Below the pieces are notes generated by a model that saw nothing but the letters and a program-made list of their open reading frames with translations, was not told where the DNA came from and ran no database searches. The translations under genes were made by a program, and so were the position numbers. Positions 60,850-64,000 of a DNA stretch of 64,000 bases are shown in pieces. Source of the DNA: Bacteroidia bacterium (GTDB lineage Bacteria; Bacteroidota; Bacteroidia; UKL13-3); contig JAGVLJ010000017.1 in NCBI GenBank assembly GCA_020049855.1, forward strand, positions 1,239 to 65,238. Reading direction: 5' to 3'. The stretch's first letter is position 1. Every line of letters begins with the position of its first letter.

Positions 60850-61581
60850 GTGATAAATTCCAATGCACATATGCCAATACAGGCTGACGGGGTTCCGGTG
60901 CTGATACGGCAGCCGCTAATGTGCTGTTTTTCTCCGGCTGCTTGCAGCAAATGGGCCGTGGTTCAAATTACCCAACCGCAGCAGTGCATCGTTGCTGAGG
61001 CCATTTACCTTATTAACAAAACATCACTGCCCGGAGATTTCGCTCCGTTGGCCGACAAATATCAATTGGCCGCATGGGTAGATGCCACCTTGCCGCTGGC
61101 TGAATTAATTCAATACATGCTTGTATGGAAAATGCAGCTTCCTTCGTTGTGGCTGCTGGCCGCTTTGCCACCTGGTAGTGAACCGTTGCAGCCATTTTTA
61201 TATCTGGGTTTTGATGGTTTTATTCTTGACTCGGCAGCAGATGAGCGCTTGTCTTCATTGGCAGGTATGCTCAGGCCGACTACACAGGTGCTTAGCTCCG
61301 AGGTAAAAGAAAAACTCGAAACCCTGCGACTGCAGGTAGATGATACCGACCATCAACTTATTGCTTTATTGGCTCAGCGCACCCGCCTTATTAAGCAATT
61401 GGCTGAGTTAAAAAAGCAGGCACAGCTGGATATTTTACAGCCGGCCCGATGGTCGCGCGTGTTAAAGGATGCCGTACTTACCGCAAAGGCAAATGAGGTG
61501 AGTTTATCCGTGCTGCTCTCGGTCCTGGATGCCATTCATTTGGATGCGGTGGAGCAGCAGTTAAAGCATTATGAGAAGTAG
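60850..61581 (+). CDS. Two-domain protein: N-terminal domain of unknown function (GC-rich, about 140 aa) fused to a C-terminal AroQ-class chorismate mutase domain
   Basis: C-terminal 100 aa (…LRLQVDDTDHQLIALLAQRTRLIKQLAELKK…PARWSRVLKDAVLTAKANEV…) resembles the CM_2 three-helix fold with conserved Arg/Lys/Glu. Alternative starts exist at 60871 or at the Met preceding LRPTTQV. Confidence 0.55.
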   Translation: MINSNAHMPIQADGVPVLIRQPLMCCFSPAACSKWAVVQITQPQQCIVAEAIYLINKTSLPGDFAPLADKYQLAAWVDATLPLAELIQYMLVWKMQLPSLWLLAALPPGSEPLQPFLYLGFDGFILDSAADERLSSLAGMLRPTTQVLSSEVKEKLETLRLQVDDTDHQLIALLAQRTRLIKQLAELKKQAQLDILQPARWSRVLKDAVLTAKANEVSLSVLLSVLDAIHLDAVEQQLKHYEK

Positions 61582-61585
61582 TTGG

Positions 61586-62152
61586 TCAATCTTCAATCAC
61601 AATGCCGTAGTGTTGCAGTAATCCGCTAAGGCCTTGTGTGGAGAACCGGGCTTTTTTAATTTTGTTTTTATCGGGGTAAATGGAGTAGTTAAATGCTGTA
61701 CGCAAATCGGCTTTTTCCAGCGTGGTTTGATCAAATGTGGCCAACTGTAAATCGCAGTTGTTAAAAACAGCCTGTGTAAAATCGGCAGCGGTAAAATCGG
61801 CTTCGTGCAGTTGACAATTGGTAAACAGGGTTCCTTTCAGTTTCAGGTTGTAAAAAGATACCATGCTCATCAGGCAATTTTCAAATTGAAGTGAAAGTAA
61901 AAATGGATTACACTGTGCAAAGGATAAACCCAGCAGCTTACAGTTTAAAAAATGGTTGCTTTGAAAAGCGGTATGGTTAAGCTTAGCCAAACTGAGGTTG
62001 CTGTGATGCCAGGTGCAATCAATAAATTTTATACCTGATAAATCAGCCTGGCTTAGTTCGCAGTGTTCAAAGCGGCATTTTTCATACTCACCCGCCAGTG
62101 CGGGAGTGCCTGTAATGGTTTGCTCAAAGGTATATTTGCTCATATTTTGCAA
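61586..62152 (-). CDS. Pentapeptide-repeat protein
   Basis: 188 aa of tandem A(D/N)LxX-type pentapeptide repeats (…ADLSGIKFIDCTWHHSNLSLAKLNHTAFQSNHFLNCKLLGLSFAQCN…). Confidence 0.8.
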   Translation of the reverse strand: MQNMSKYTFEQTITGTPALAGEYEKCRFEHCELSQADLSGIKFIDCTWHHSNLSLAKLNHTAFQSNHFLNCKLLGLSFAQCNPFLLSLQFENCLMSMVSFYNLKLKGTLFTNCQLHEADFTAADFTQAVFNNCDLQLATFDQTTLEKADLRTAFNYSIYPDKNKIKKARFSTQGLSGLLQHYGIVIED

Positions 62153-62253
62153 GGCAAGATAGAATTTTTGTGCTTCTTTCGCTCAGGCAATGTTTGACAA
62201 ATTTCGAACGACTAGGTTTAATGCACGCATAAAGTTATACAGACTGAAAAGAG

Positions 62254-63264
62254 CTATTTCAGAAGCAGTAATGAAAGAAATAGAACACTTATCAAAACTA
62301 GTTTGACAATAAAGCTTTTGAGGGTTACAAATTTGTATTCTTCTCTTTCTTTTATGAACGGATTAAGAATATTTATGATCTGAATTGTAAGAAGATAGGC
62401 CGGGATTTTTTTATACCAACTAAAGCCAAAGTAGTGGTCATAGATTTCTAAGTTTATACTTTCCGTACGGAAAGTAAATAAAGGAATTAATAAAATTCCT
62501 GCTAAGCCAAATATGATTTCAAGTGAGTTTGGAAGTTTAGACTTTAAAATACTCTTAGTCTCTTCATATATATACGTTAAATTAATATTCTTCATTGCAG
62601 AACAATCAACCACGAGAAGTGCTCCATGTATTTCTACAGGAACTCTTTTCCCATCTATAGAGCTATATCTTTCGACATTTTTAACGAACACCTTACTTAA
62701 GGTGCTACAATCATTATCGTTCAATTCATAGTCAACTACAATTCCTGAATATAGAAGTGTGGTACTGTTAGAATCAATTAGGATGTCAGCTTTAGTAAAA
62801 AGATGTTTTTTATCTCTTTCTTTGATATTTTTGAGTTTTTTAAAACCAGTTTGTTGTCCGTTAAAAATGTAGAACCAAGAATTTTTAAAACGTAACATTT
62901 TGAATTTGGTATCAATCCTAGTAATTCTAATTATTCTACCTAACAAAAGACCAAGTATAATACTTAGTAAATATTGAAATCCAACAAATGGATCCACCTT
63001 TTTAAAAATTACTTCATTTAGTGGGATGTCGTTTGATTTTTTTAACCTAAAGGCGGGGTTATTTATGTCTTTAAATTTATCAATGATTGCACTAAGATCT
63101 ATTTCAGTGAATAGATAACAGTAAGAGAGAAAAGATAAGATTACAATTATTAATCCGGGAATTACCGATACCGCAAGTAAACTTACTAAATTATGACCAG
63201 AGTTGAATTCGTTTAAGAATTCTCCATAAAAATATAATCTTCTAAACAACAATCCTGGAAACAA
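62254..63264 (-). CDS. Hypothetical multi-pass membrane protein in an AT-rich island
   Basis: 336 aa with hydrophobic helices at both ends and a K/N/I-rich soluble middle; no recognisable motif; local GC clearly below its flanks. Confidence 0.5.
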   Translation of the reverse strand: MFPGLLFRRLYFYGEFLNEFNSGHNLVSLLAVSVIPGLIIVILSFLSYCYLFTEIDLSAIIDKFKDINNPAFRLKKSNDIPLNEVIFKKVDPFVGFQYLLSIILGLLLGRIIRITRIDTKFKMLRFKNSWFYIFNGQQTGFKKLKNIKERDKKHLFTKADILIDSNSTTLLYSGIVVDYELNDNDCSTLSKVFVKNVERYSSIDGKRVPVEIHGALLVVDCSAMKNINLTYIYEETKSILKSKLPNSLEIIFGLAGILLIPLFTFRTESINLEIYDHYFGFSWYKKIPAYLLTIQIINILNPFIKEREEYKFVTLKSFIVKLVLISVLFLSLLLLK

Positions 63265-63687
63265 AATCAGGATTTAAACGACTAAGAATCCTAAAGAAAT
63301 TTCCACGTTACAGTCTATACAAATATGTCCTGATGCTGATTGTTACTTTCTGATAATTGAATTTTTTCGTTAATATCTTGCATCTTCTTGTCATCAGAGA
63401 GGAATTTCTTTCCCTGTTTGGAAACTATTTTGCTATTATCATCCTCAAAGATTGATTTTATTGTTAGAATAGCCAATACTCCAATCAGAATTCCAACCCA
63501 AGTTTCGGTAGAATCATTTTTTTTGACTTCATCTTTGATTTATAACAAATTTTGTCTCAATATTATTTTTGCTCTGTGGTTTTTCTAAAATTGAACACCA
63601 TCTAATCTTTTACAAGATACGGAAGTTTAGTAATATTATCCAAATGTTACGGATGCAGATTACGAACATTATTATGTGCACAATAGA

Positions 63688-63715
63688 TTTGGGGAACTAT
63701 AATCTTTTATATTTG
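63688..63715 (+). promoter_or_regulatory. Candidate promoter (TTTG-N16-TATATTTG) upstream of the helicase gene
   Basis: -7 box TATATTTG 17 nt before the ATG at 63732; -33 TTTG with a 16-nt spacer. Confidence 0.3.
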
Positions 63716-63731
63716 GGTCTTTTAGTGTAGA

Positions 63732-64000
63732 ATGTCACTAACTTCTATCGTTTTCCCGATATTCGCTGCCATGGAGCAGCATCCACCGGCCATTCTCCCC
63801 GATTTTTCAAACGCCTATTTGCGCAGGGCTTTTGAGGCCATTGAGCAAACGCGCGAGTGCCTGTTTATTACGGGCAAAGCGGGTACGGGTAAGTCAACTT
63901 TGTTGCGGCATGTCGTGGCCAACACCATTAAGCGTTGTGTGGTGCTGGCTCCTACAGGTATTGCGGCCATCAATGCAGGGGGGCAAACCGTGCATTCGTT
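63732..64000 (+). CDS. PIF1/RecD-like superfamily-1 helicase, N-terminal fragment (runs off the window)
   Basis: Walker A in helicase context (LFITGKAGTGKSTLLRHV…VVLAPTGIAAINAGGQTVHS); the ORF is open to the window end. Confidence 0.55.
   Translation, partial: MSLTSIVFPIFAAMEQHPPAILPDFSNAYLRRAFEAIEQTRECLFITGKAGTGKSTLLRHVVANTIKRCVVLAPTGIAAINAGGQTVHS

Noticed and set aside
63340-63565. 75-codon minus-strand frame encoding a TM helix (TWVGILIGVLAILTI) in the AT-rich island
   Set aside because: No ATG/GTG/TTG start after the upstream stop, so it can only be flagged as a possible pseudogene or non-canonical start and is not called.
1-64000. Search for CRISPR arrays, IS elements or transposases, and rRNA genes
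   Set aside because: No regularly spaced direct repeats with unique spacers, no transposase- or integrase-like ORFs, and no rRNA-like segments were seen anywhere in the window.

Overview
The window reads as a Bacteroidota chromosome segment (roughly 40-45% GC; promoters fit the TTTG...TAnnTTTG pattern), and most of it is housekeeping genes. Recognisable genes include pepF, a fused isobutyryl-CoA mutase (icmF), tcdA, the dtd-rsgA-crcB run, maf, the tig-clpP-clpX operon preceded by tRNA-Leu(TAG), relA/spoT, fur-purA, a P. gingivalis-like porP-porK-porL-porM-porN (gldKLMN) type IX secretion cluster, hemD, a BamA/TamA-like protein, hemW, an AsmA-like protein, tRNA-Val(TAC), msrA, a bacilliredoxin and ahcY. 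No CRISPR array, rRNA gene or transposase was seen.

Six stretches look non-routine:

1. An ECF sigma / FecR anti-sigma locus (52.4-59.3 kb) in which the STN signalling domain sits on a separate protein full of 15-residue tandem repeats. It is followed by a second paralogous repeat protein and a TonB-dependent receptor that lacks an STN domain. This is my best candidate for an undescribed system.

2. A divergent module of a 4Fe-4S ferredoxin, a U32 peptidase and a chorismate-mutase-domain protein (59.3-61.6 kb). It resembles the prephenate-dependent RNA hydroxylation systems (TrhP/RlhA with the YfhL ferredoxin), and carries a GC-rich N-terminal domain of unknown function fused to the chorismate mutase.

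3. A GC-rich nested inverted-repeat element of about 160 bp immediately upstream of a small membrane-anchored Cys/Met/His-rich putative metal-binding protein (6.1-6.8 kb).

4. A roughly 1.1 kb ORF-free stretch (8.7-9.8 kb) containing a perfect 12-bp hairpin, which could be a structured non-coding RNA or a gene remnant.

5. An AT-rich insertion (62.2-63.7 kb) encoding an orphan multi-pass membrane protein next to a pentapeptide-repeat protein and a truncated PIF1/RecD-like helicase.

6. Smaller oddities: a poly-His tail on trigger factor, a KE-rich tail on the AsmA-like protein, and a two-lobed retropepsin-like protease fused to a PDZ domain.

Everything here is read from the sequence and ORF translations only; no database searches were run.
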